DNA from: Myxococcota bacterium
GTDB lineage: Bacteria > Myxococcota_A > Polyangia > Polyangiales > Sandaracinaceae
DNA length: 62,824 nt
NCBI GenBank assembly: GCA_036149055.1
Contig: JAYZQJ010000283.1
Coordinates: forward strand, 1-62,824
Direction: 5' to 3'
The notes under the pieces: generated by a model
Database searches by the model: none
Seen by the model: the letters and a program-made list of their open reading frames with translations, nothing else
Told to the model about the DNA's origin: nothing
Shown here: positions 54,782 through 62,824 of the stretch, piece after piece
Numbering within the stretch: position 1 is the stretch's first letter
Layout: every line of letters starts with the position of its first letter
Translations under genes and position numbers: made by a program

Positions 54782-55624
54782 ATGGAACGCCCGACGATCT
54801 TCGTGGTCAGCGACTCCACCGGCGAGACGGCCGAGCGGGTCGTGCGCGCCGCGCTCCTCCAGTTCCCCGACCAGCGGGTCCGGATTCGCCTCTTCACGCG
54901 CGTGCGTGACCCCGAGGCGGTCGCAGAGGTCCTCAAGAAGGCGAACGACGCCGGGGCGATGGTGGTCTTCACCCTCGTGTCGCCCGACCTGCGCGAGTAC
55001 TTCCACGAGGTCGCGGCGCAGGAGCACATCGAGAGCGTCGACGTCATCGGCCAGCTCATCCACAAGGTGGCCAACTACCTCGAGGCCACCCCGCTGAACC
55101 GCCCGACGGCGACGATGCCCTTGAGCGAGGAGTACTTCCGTCGCGTCGAGGCCATCGAGTTCGCGGTCAAGAGCGACGACGGCAAGGAGCCGCGCAACCT
55201 GCGCAAGGCGGACCTGGTGCTCACCGGCGTCAGCCGTACGAGCAAGACGCCGCTCTCCACCTACCTCGCCGGCCGCGGCCTGAAGGTCGCCAACGTGCCG
55301 CTGGTGCTCGGCGTCCCGCCGCCCCCGGAGCTCGAGGAGGTCGCGCCGGAGAAGGTCATCGGCCTGACCCTCGCGATCGAGAAGCTGCTCGAGATCCGCA
55401 AGGCGCGCCTCATCCAGCTCGGCATGCCGGCGGACGCCAACTACGGCCTGCGCGAGCACGTCGCGGCGGAGCTCGAGTACGCCGACGAGATCTTCAACAG
55501 CCACCCCGGCTGGATGGTGATCGACGTCAGCGGCCGCGCGATCGAGGAGACGGCGACGATCATCCTCGAGGCCCTGAAGGACCGGGAAGATCTCCCGACG
55601 ATGGCCTCCTCGATCGTGATCTGA
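54782..55624 (+). CDS. ppsR: PEP synthase/PPDK regulatory kinase-pyrophosphorylase (DUF299)
   Basis: VSDSTGETA, YFRRVEAIEF..DDG, GVSRTSKTPLS, AIEETA. Confidence 0.92.
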   Translation: MERPTIFVVSDSTGETAERVVRAALLQFPDQRVRIRLFTRVRDPEAVAEVLKKANDAGAMVVFTLVSPDLREYFHEVAAQEHIESVDVIGQLIHKVANYLEATPLNRPTATMPLSEEYFRRVEAIEFAVKSDDGKEPRNLRKADLVLTGVSRTSKTPLSTYLAGRGLKVANVPLVLGVPPPPELEEVAPEKVIGLTLAIEKLLEIRKARLIQLGMPADANYGLREHVAAELEYADEIFNSHPGWMVIDVSGRAIEETATIILEALKDREDLPTMASSIVI

Positions 55625-55670
55625 GCGTCTCGGACGGGGGAGGGCCGCTCGGCCCTCACCCCGTCAGCTC

Positions 55671-56192
55671 TCACTCGGTCGGGGGCTTCATGTACTGGTC
55701 GGTGACCGAGCCGACGAACTGGCTGAGGATGCCGTCGGCGACCCGGAGACGGCGCGACAGCTCGCGGGCGATGTTCATCACCAGCAGCGCGTAGGCCTTC
55801 AGGTCGCGACGGTAGAGCAGCTGGTCGACGTGCTCCGCGCTCATGCGGAGCAGGGTGCTCGGGGCGAGCGCGCGCACGGTGGCCGAGCGGGGCTGCACGT
55901 CGACGATCGCCATCTCCCCGAACCAGTCGCCGGGGCCGAGCATCGCGACGCGGACCTCGCTGCCGCCCGGGCTCTTCTTGAGCACCTCGAGCTCTCCGCC
56001 CACGACGACGTACATCTCGCGGGCCGGGTCGCCCTCGGCGACCACCCGGGTCCCGACGACCACCTGCTCGAGGGGCAGCTCCTTGGCGAGGAGGTCGAGG
56101 GTCGCCTCGTCGAGGCCACCGAAGAGCCCGATTTCACGCAAGATCGAGGTGTTGACCGGCTTCGGGGCCGGGGGCGACGCGTTCTCAGTCAT
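55671..56192 (-). CDS. Cyclic-nucleotide-binding domain protein without HTH
   Basis: EGDPAREMYVV..G, GDWFGEMAI..PRSATVRA. Confidence 0.88.
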   Translation of the reverse strand: MTENASPPAPKPVNTSILREIGLFGGLDEATLDLLAKELPLEQVVVGTRVVAEGDPAREMYVVVGGELEVLKKSPGGSEVRVAMLGPGDWFGEMAIVDVQPRSATVRALAPSTLLRMSAEHVDQLLYRRDLKAYALLVMNIARELSRRLRVADGILSQFVGSVTDQYMKPPTE

Positions 56193-56326
56193 GGCCTCTC
56201 GTCCCTCCGCTCGAAAGCGACGAACGGACGCGACGGACCATTCCATCAGCCGAGGCCCGGGAGCAAGGCTCATGTGCCTTTACCGGCCGCGAGCGCACCG
56301 GCTATGCTTTCGGCGCGTCGGTCGGA

Positions 56327-58780
56327 GTGGCCGACTGCGCGAATTTCGACACGAAATCGACCTCGACCCTGCTCAGCGACGCCCTCGATCTGCCGAAGCC
56401 CTTCGGCCCCTACACGCTGCTGAGGCGCCTCGCCGTCGGTGGCATGGCCGAGGTGTACGTCGCGAAGACCAAGGGCATCGGCGGCTTCGAGAAGCTCGTC
56501 GCCATCAAGGTCATCCACCCGCGGTTCAGCGAGGACGACCACTTCATCACGATGCTGGTGGAGGAGGCGAAGATCTCCGTGCAGCTGACGCACGTGAACA
56601 TCGCCCAGACCTTCGACCTCGGCTGCATCGACGACACCTATTACATCTCGATGGAGTACATCGAGGGCGCGGACACCTTCCGCGTGCAGAAGCGAGCTCG
56701 CGACAAGAAGCTCGCGCTCCCCCTCGACATCGCCTGCTTCATCGCGGTCGAGGTGCTCAACGGCCTCGCCTACGCGCACCGCAAGCGCGACCACACCGGC
56801 GAGCCGATGGGCATCGTGCACCGGGACATCTCGCCGCAGAACGTGCTGGTCAGCTACTCGGGCGAGGTGAAGCTGGTCGACTTCGGGATCGCCAAGGCCG
56901 CGCTGCGCGGCGGGCAGACCGAGGTCGGGGTCATCAAGGGCAAGTACTACTACATGTCGCCGGAGCAGGCGTGGGGCGACCCGGTCGATCCGCGCACCGA
57001 CATCTTCGCGACCGGGCTGCTGCTCCACGAGCTGCTGACCGGCGAGATGGTCTACCAGGAGGACAACGTCCCCGCGCTCCTCGATCGGGTGCGCAAGGCC
57101 GAGGTGCCCGACCCGCGCGAGAAGCGCCGCGACGTGCCCGAGGCGCTCTCGCGCATCGTCCTGAAGGCGTGCGCGAAGGAGCCCGACGATCGGTTCCAGA
57201 ACGCGATCGACATGAGCCAGGCGCTCTCGGAGCTCCTGTACCGCACCAACCCGACCTTCTCGTCCTCGCGGATGGCCCAGCTGATGGGCACGCTCTTCCC
57301 CGAGGAGGTCAAGCGGCACAGCCAGGTGCTGAAGCTGCCGACCGCCGAGGAGGAGGCGGCGCGCAAGGCGCCCGATCCGAGCGAGGAGCACTCGCTCCGG
57401 GCCATGTCGCGGGCGGAGTTCGGCCCGGCGGCGGAGGCCAGCGTCATCTTCGACCTCGACGACGTCGAGGACATGACCCGGAACGACATCCTCCCGTTCC
57501 GGAGGAAGCCCGCGCCGACGACCGGCCGGAAGGCCGAGGAGCCCACCCGCGAGGTCGACGACGGCCCGACCGTCACCGCCGGCCGCTCGTTCGACGACTG
57601 GGAGGAGGAGACGAAGCTCAAGCCCCCGGGGGCGTGGGATGAGTCCACGCTCGTCGACGACGACGGCGAGACGATGGCCCAGGTCCATCAGCTGATCGCG
57701 AAGAACCGGCAGGCGGCGGAGATGCAGCCGGAGAAGACGGTGGCGATGGCCTCGTTCCCCAAGCCCGCCGGGCTGCGGGCTCCGTCGGCCCGGCCGGCCG
57801 CGCCCCCCAAGCCGCCGTCGATGCCGCCGCCGGGGCGCCTGCCCCCGTCCAAGCTGCCGCCGCGCCCGCCCGCCGCGCCGCTGCCGGCCGAGAACACGGT
57901 CGCGATGGCGGACGGGCCCGAGACCTCGGACGTGACCCTCGACGACGAGCTGAAGCCCGAGAAGACGATGGCGTGGTCGGAGGACACGGCGACGTCGCGC
58001 CCGCGCACCGGCAGCCTCGCGAACCCGTCCAAGGGCGTGCGCCTCTCCGCCGACGCCGAGCGCTTCTTTGCCCCGCCCAGCGGGCAGCAGCCGCTCCCGC
58101 CCGAGCCCCCGGCGTCGCGGCCCGCGAGCGGATCGTTCGATCCCTTCGGTGGCGCCCCGGTGATCAGCGAGACGCCGCCGGCGCCGCTCGCCGATCCCTT
58201 CGCCGCGCAGCCGCCCCCGGTGGCCCGAGAGAGCGCGGAGGAGCTCGGCAAGCCGCAGCCGCGCCGGTGGATCCTCCCCATCGTGCTCGTGTCGATCATC
58301 GCCTTCCTGGTCGCCGGGCTCGGGACGTGGCTCGCGGCGCGCCCGAAGCCGACGAGCCTCGAGGTGATGACGGTGCCCGAGGGCGCGACCGTGGTGTACG
58401 GCGGCCGGGAGCTCGGGGCGGCGCCGGTGGTCGTCGAGACGGTGGAGCCGGAGCAGACGGTCACCGTCGAGGTGCGCCTCGCCGGCTACGAGCCGCGCTC
58501 GCAGGAGATCCGGATCACCGAGGGGTTGAACCGGACCGCGGTGATCCTCAACCCCATCCGGGTCACCCTGCACGTGACCTCCGACCCGGCGGGGGCGCAG
58601 ATCTACGTCGACGGGGTGCTGCGGGGCAGCGCGCCGCTCGATGTCCCCGGCCTCAGCGCCGGTCAGACGGTGCGAGTGCGGGCCGCCGCGCCCGGGCGGC
58701 AGGAGGCCAGCCAGGAGATCACCCTCGCCGCCGACGCGCGCGAGGCCTCCGTCGCCCTGGAGCTGCCGGCCGCGGAGTAG
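56327..58780 (+). CDS. Hanks-type Ser/Thr kinase with TM and PEGA domains
   Basis: GGMAEVY, VAIK, HRDISPQN, DFG, YMSPEQ; Pro-rich linker; SDPAGAQIYVDG; start uncertain. Confidence 0.93.
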   Translation: MADCANFDTKSTSTLLSDALDLPKPFGPYTLLRRLAVGGMAEVYVAKTKGIGGFEKLVAIKVIHPRFSEDDHFITMLVEEAKISVQLTHVNIAQTFDLGCIDDTYYISMEYIEGADTFRVQKRARDKKLALPLDIACFIAVEVLNGLAYAHRKRDHTGEPMGIVHRDISPQNVLVSYSGEVKLVDFGIAKAALRGGQTEVGVIKGKYYYMSPEQAWGDPVDPRTDIFATGLLLHELLTGEMVYQEDNVPALLDRVRKAEVPDPREKRRDVPEALSRIVLKACAKEPDDRFQNAIDMSQALSELLYRTNPTFSSSRMAQLMGTLFPEEVKRHSQVLKLPTAEEEAARKAPDPSEEHSLRAMSRAEFGPAAEASVIFDLDDVEDMTRNDILPFRRKPAPTTGRKAEEPTREVDDGPTVTAGRSFDDWEEETKLKPPGAWDESTLVDDDGETMAQVHQLIAKNRQAAEMQPEKTVAMASFPKPAGLRAPSARPAAPPKPPSMPPPGRLPPSKLPPRPPAAPLPAENTVAMADGPETSDVTLDDELKPEKTMAWSEDTATSRPRTGSLANPSKGVRLSADAERFFAPPSGQQPLPPEPPASRPASGSFDPFGGAPVISETPPAPLADPFAAQPPPVARESAEELGKPQPRRWILPIVLVSIIAFLVAGLGTWLAARPKPTSLEVMTVPEGATVVYGGRELGAAPVVVETVEPEQTVTVEVRLAGYEPRSQEIRITEGLNRTAVILNPIRVTLHVTSDPAGAQIYVDGVLRGSAPLDVPGLSAGQTVRVRAAAPGRQEASQEITLAADAREASVALELPAAE

Positions 58781-58865
58781 GGCGCCCCGGAACCTCCCCG
58801 GGCCGCCGTTGTCGGCCCCTTCGATGGGCGCTACCACACTCACCGAACCCAGCGTGACCGACCCC

Positions 58866-59546
58866 ATGGCGAGCACCGTGCAGTCCGATCCCGGGCAGTC
58901 CGATCCCGGCGACGGGCGCATCCTCTTCTGCCCCTTCTGCCGCGAGTGCTACGAGGGGGAGCGGGTGTGCCCGGTCCACGAGCTGGAGCTGGTCGAGTTC
59001 CAGGACCTGCCTCGCCAGGCCCACGAGACGAACCTCCCGGCGTGGGACGAGCCCGTCCTGCCCTGGGACGTGCGCTTCGGGCGCGGCCTGCTCGGGCTCG
59101 GCGCGGTGCTGCTCCTGGTCGCCTTCTTCATGCCGATGGTCGTCGGCACCTTCGACGACGAGGCCTTCCGCTGGACCGGCCTCGATCTCGCCACGGACCG
59201 GGCGAAGAACCTCTGGACGGTGCCCTTCGTCGCCGTCCTGTACTTCTGGATCCTGCTCCGGCGGCGCACCCCGGTGGAGATGCTCGGCACCCGCCTCGTC
59301 GCGGTGCTGCTCGCCATCATGCCGGCGTTCTCGACCGCCTACACGTGGCTCAACGTCCGCCGCGGCGTCGAGGCCGCCCACGGCGCCATCGCCGCCGACC
59401 TGGGCGCCGGCGTCTGGGTGGTGGCCGCGGGCACGGTGCTGCTCCTCGTCGGCGGCGTGCGCTTCGGCGTCATGCCCGGGATGAAGGACGAGCGCGAGCC
59501 CCCGGGCGCGGCCCCCGAAGAGGGCAGCCGGATCCGGCGCGAGTAG
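58866..59546 (+). CDS. Zn-ribbon plus four-TM membrane protein
   Basis: CPFC..CPVH followed by hydrophobic segments; start uncertain. Confidence 0.7.
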   Translation: MASTVQSDPGQSDPGDGRILFCPFCRECYEGERVCPVHELELVEFQDLPRQAHETNLPAWDEPVLPWDVRFGRGLLGLGAVLLLVAFFMPMVVGTFDDEAFRWTGLDLATDRAKNLWTVPFVAVLYFWILLRRRTPVEMLGTRLVAVLLAIMPAFSTAYTWLNVRRGVEAAHGAIAADLGAGVWVVAAGTVLLLVGGVRFGVMPGMKDEREPPGAAPEEGSRIRRE

Positions 59547-59549
59547 CCC

Positions 59550-60467
59550 CTACATCCCGGCGTCGGCGAGCGTCTTGAGGAACGCACGCTCGAGCGTCTG
59601 GACGAGGGGCGCGAGGTGGCGCAGCTGGTGGCCGCCGTCGAGGGCGAGCTTCAGCACGTAGGTCGCGTCTTTGCCCTTGGGCACCTTGACCTCGAGGGTC
59701 GAGCCCTCGCGCTCCACGATGCAGGAGCCGAGCTCCAGGGTCTTCTTCAGCTTCTTCAGGCTGCCCTTGGCGCGGACCTCGTAGACGTTCTGGTCCGGCC
59801 GGACCAGCGGCTCGATGTCGCCGGAGTAGAGCACCTCGCCGCCGGCGATCACGAGCACCTGATCGCAGGTCTTCTCGACGTCCGGCAGGATGTGGGTCGA
59901 GAGCAGCACGCTCGCCCCGGTGCGCTCGGGGATGTCGAGGATGAGCGCGAGCATCTCCTCGCGGCCGCGCGGGTCGAGGCCGCTCGTCGGCTCGTCGAGC
60001 AGCAGGAGCTTCGGGTCGCCCACCAGCGCCTGGGCGAGCCGCGCGCGCTGCCGCATGCCGGTGGAGAACGACCCCAGCCGCCGGTAGCGGGCCTCGCCGA
60101 GGCCGACGTAGTGCAGCACCTGGTGCGATCGCGCGATGGCCTCGGCCCGCGGCAGCCCGCAGAGCTCCGCCGCGAGCGTCGTGAACTGGAGCGCGGTCAG
60201 CTCCGGCAGCACCGAGTCGCCCTCCGGCATGTAGCCGACGAGGGCGCGGACGCCGAAGGGCTCGCGGGTGACGTCCTTGTCGAAGACCTTCACCGTGCCG
60301 CGGTCGTGCTGCACCAGGCCCAGCAAGGTCTTGAGCAGGGTGCTCTTGCCGGCGCCGTTCGGGCCGAGCAGGCCGATGCGGCCGGGCTCCACGCTCAGGT
60401 CGACGTCCTTGAGCGCCCGCAGCTCGCCGTAGCGTTTCTCGACCCCGGTCAGCTCGAACAGCGGCAC
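59550..60467 (-). CDS. ABC transporter ATP-binding protein
   Basis: GPNGAGKST, FSTGMRQR, LDEPTSGLD, STH. Confidence 0.92.
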   Translation of the reverse strand: MPLFELTGVEKRYGELRALKDVDLSVEPGRIGLLGPNGAGKSTLLKTLLGLVQHDRGTVKVFDKDVTREPFGVRALVGYMPEGDSVLPELTALQFTTLAAELCGLPRAEAIARSHQVLHYVGLGEARYRRLGSFSTGMRQRARLAQALVGDPKLLLLDEPTSGLDPRGREEMLALILDIPERTGASVLLSTHILPDVEKTCDQVLVIAGGEVLYSGDIEPLVRPDQNVYEVRAKGSLKKLKKTLELGSCIVEREGSTLEVKVPKGKDATYVLKLALDGGHQLRHLAPLVQTLERAFLKTLADAGM

Positions 60468-60512
60468 GGCGCGCACGCTACGATGCGCGCCGGATCCGAG
60501 CAAGCGGGGGCC

Positions 60513-61481
60513 TCAATCCGGCGTGTAGATGTAGGCGGGGTCCTGGAAGACGCAGATGCGGTTCCGACCCGCCTCTTTCGCCCGATAGAGGGCCCGGTCG
60601 GCGGCCTTCACGAGCCCGTCCCGGCTGGTGACCCCGCGGCTCGGGTAGAGCGCCACGCCCAGGGAGACGTGGATGGGCTCGGTGCGGCCCTCGGTGGTCT
60701 CGAAGGGGCGCGAGCCGATCGAGCGCCAGACCCGGTCGGCGACGGTGAGCGCGCCCGCGAGGTGGGTGCTGGGCAGCACGAGCAGGAACTCCTCGCCGCC
60801 GTAGCGGGCGACGACGTCGACCTCGCGCACCGCCTCGGTCAGGCGCATCGCCACCAGCTGGAGCACGCGGTCGCCGACGTCGTGGCCGAAGCGATCGTTG
60901 AAGCTCTTGAAGTGGTCGATGTCGAGCATCGCGCAGCTGAGCGGCTCCCGGTAGCGCTCGGCGCGCTTGAACTCCTCGTTCAGGCGCGACTGCAGGTAGC
61001 GGTAGTTGTAGAGGCCGGTCAGCTCGTCCCGGATCGCCAGCTTCTCGAGGCGGTCGCGGGCGTCGTTCACCTCGTCGTGCATCTGCTTGATGCGGACCAT
61101 GTTCGACACGCGGGCGAGCAGCTCGCGCTCGTCGAAGGGCTTGCAGATGTAGTCGTCGGCCCCGATGCGGAGGCCCTCGACCCGGCTGTCGGTGTCGGTG
61201 CGCGCGGTCAGGAGCATCACCGGCAGGAACCCGCCGTGCTTCTGCGGGTTGGCCTTGAGGGTGCGGCAGGCGTCGATGCCGCTCAGCCCGCCCTCCATCA
61301 CGACGTCGAGGAGCGCGAGCGTCACGCCCGGACGGCGGCACTCCTCGAGGGCGCGCTGGCCGCTGTCGACGGCGACGACGTCGAAGCCGTTGCCGCGCAG
61401 CAGCCCGGCCACGTACTCACGGGTCACGCGATCGTCGTCGGCCACGACGATCTTCGCGGCCTTGGGTACGTCGGACTGCAT
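60513..61481 (-). CDS. REC-GGDEF diguanylate cyclase
   Basis: VADDD, LLDVVM, DELTGLYN, DIDHFK, REVD I-site plus RYGGEEF. Confidence 0.93.
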   Translation of the reverse strand: MQSDVPKAAKIVVADDDRVTREYVAGLLRGNGFDVVAVDSGQRALEECRRPGVTLALLDVVMEGGLSGIDACRTLKANPQKHGGFLPVMLLTARTDTDSRVEGLRIGADDYICKPFDERELLARVSNMVRIKQMHDEVNDARDRLEKLAIRDELTGLYNYRYLQSRLNEEFKRAERYREPLSCAMLDIDHFKSFNDRFGHDVGDRVLQLVAMRLTEAVREVDVVARYGGEEFLLVLPSTHLAGALTVADRVWRSIGSRPFETTEGRTEPIHVSLGVALYPSRGVTSRDGLVKAADRALYRAKEAGRNRICVFQDPAYIYTPD

Positions 61482-61560
61482 TCCCGCCTCAGTGTACGAG
61501 GCGGCCGACGTGATGGCGAGTGCCGTCTCCGCTCGCCCCGTGTACCCTCCGCGAGACCGC

Positions 61561-62824
61561 ATGAGCTTGCTGGACCGCGCGGCGCGCTTCATCGACGACG
61601 TCCTCCTCCTGCCGGAGGACGTGCGGGAGATCATCGAGCGCGCGGAGGAGGCCCTCGAGGGCGGCGACGCCCGGCTGGCCGAGCGGCTGCTGCGCGACGT
61701 GCTCGCCGACCGACCGAGCCTGCTGCGCGCCCGCCAGGGCCTCGCGATGGCCCTCGCCGCCCAGGGCGAGCTCGAGGCGGCCCGCGCGGTGATCGCGGTC
61801 TCGCGACAGCTCGACCCCGACGAGCCGGAGGTCGCGCTGCTGAGCGCGCGCCTGGCGCTCGAGGCGGGGGACGTCCCGGCGGCGGTCGAGGAGTCGCGGG
61901 ACGCGGCCCGTCGGCTCGCGCGGGACGGCGGAGCGGCCTTCGCGGAGGCCTGCGTCGTGCGCGCCCGGGCCGAGCGCGCGCGCGGGCGTCCCGACCGGGC
62001 GGCCCGGGAGCTGCGCAAGGCCATCGCCGCCGATCCCGACGCCCCCGCGCTCCGGGTGGAGCTCGCCGAGGCCCTCGCGGCCGCCGATCGGGGCGCCGCC
62101 GCCGCCGCCGCGCTCCGGGGCTTCGACCCTTCGAGCGTGGAGCCGGAGGTCGCCGGGCGGCTCGGGCTCGCGCTCCACGCGGTGGGGGAGGGCGCGCGCG
62201 CTCGCCCGCTCCTCCAGCGCGCGGCCGACGCGGGCGACCCGGCGGCGTCCCGGGCGCTGGCCGAGCTGGCGCTCGCGAGCGGGGACGCCGAGGGCGCGGA
62301 GTCGCTCGCCCGCACCGCGGTGGCGCGGGGCGGCGGGAGCGCGGCGCTGGCGGTGCTCGCCGAGGTGCTGCGGGTGGAGGGCCGGCTCGGCGAGGCGTCC
62401 CGGGCCCTGTCCACCGCGGCCGAGGCCGAGGGCGGCGATCCCGAGCTGCTGCGGCGCGCGGTCCGGCTGACCCCGCTCGACGACGCGGCGGAGCTGTCCC
62501 GGCTCGCCGATCGGCTCGACGCGCTGGTCGAAGGCGACGAGGCGGCCCGCGCGGCTCGCGCGTGGGCGGAGCTGGGGCGCGGCCACCCGGGCGCGGTGGC
62601 CCCGCTCGCGCTCGAGGTGATCCGGGAGCCGCGGCTCGCGCTCGCCGCCGCCCGGCTCGCCATCGACACCGGGCGCGCGCAGGAGGCGCTGGAGCAGCTC
62701 GACCGGGGCTGGGTCTGGGCGGACGTGGATCTCCCCACCGCCCGCGCGCGGCGGCGAGACGCGCTCCGTCACCTGTGGCGGGGCCCGACCGGCGAGGTCG
62801 ATCTCGCGGCCGCGATCGACGAGG
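61561..62824 (+). CDS. TPR-repeat protein, truncated by the window end
   Basis: ATG 61561 MSLLDRAARFIDDVLLLPEDVRE...; frame open to the edge; Ala/Leu helical repeats. Confidence 0.75.
   Translation, partial: MSLLDRAARFIDDVLLLPEDVREIIERAEEALEGGDARLAERLLRDVLADRPSLLRARQGLAMALAAQGELEAARAVIAVSRQLDPDEPEVALLSARLALEAGDVPAAVEESRDAARRLARDGGAAFAEACVVRARAERARGRPDRAARELRKAIAADPDAPALRVELAEALAAADRGAAAAAALRGFDPSSVEPEVAGRLGLALHAVGEGARARPLLQRAADAGDPAASRALAELALASGDAEGAESLARTAVARGGGSAALAVLAEVLRVEGRLGEASRALSTAAEAEGGDPELLRRAVRLTPLDDAAELSRLADRLDALVEGDEAARAARAWAELGRGHPGAVAPLALEVIREPRLALAAARLAIDTGRAQEALEQLDRGWVWADVDLPTARARRRDALRHLWRGPTGEVDLAAAIDE

Overview
Very GC-rich bacterial DNA; gene content suggests a myxobacterium, probably Polyangiales/Sandaracinaceae-like (inference). 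The chromosomal backbone has an acyl-CoA carboxylase operon ending in an NTT/TLC-type transporter, fumC, a seven-gene chemosensory cluster, a PHP metallohydrolase, comEC, a hybrid rrf2-sufBCDSUT-iscS Fe-S operon with iscA, Cys/Asp-rich surface lipoproteins, ppsR, a Ser/Thr kinase and a REC-GGDEF cyclase. The main feature is a 16.4-kb element integrated in tRNA-Arg(CCG), bounded by 52-bp direct repeats (33560-33611 and 49967-50018). Its tyrosine integrase reads through the att core, so excision would swap a 7-aa tail for an in-frame 109-aa C-terminus stored at the opposite end, as in myxophage Mx8. The element also has a divergent repressor/cro pair, an initiator with an internal palindromic iteron origin, a full DnaB plus a degenerate second DnaB, a lambda cosQ/cosN-like site, helical late-type genes, and cargo including a HEPN-motif protein and lipoproteins. 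No capsid, portal, terminase or conjugation genes are recognisable, so it is best read as a candidate myxobacterial phage satellite. All calls come from visual motif recognition; no searches were run.
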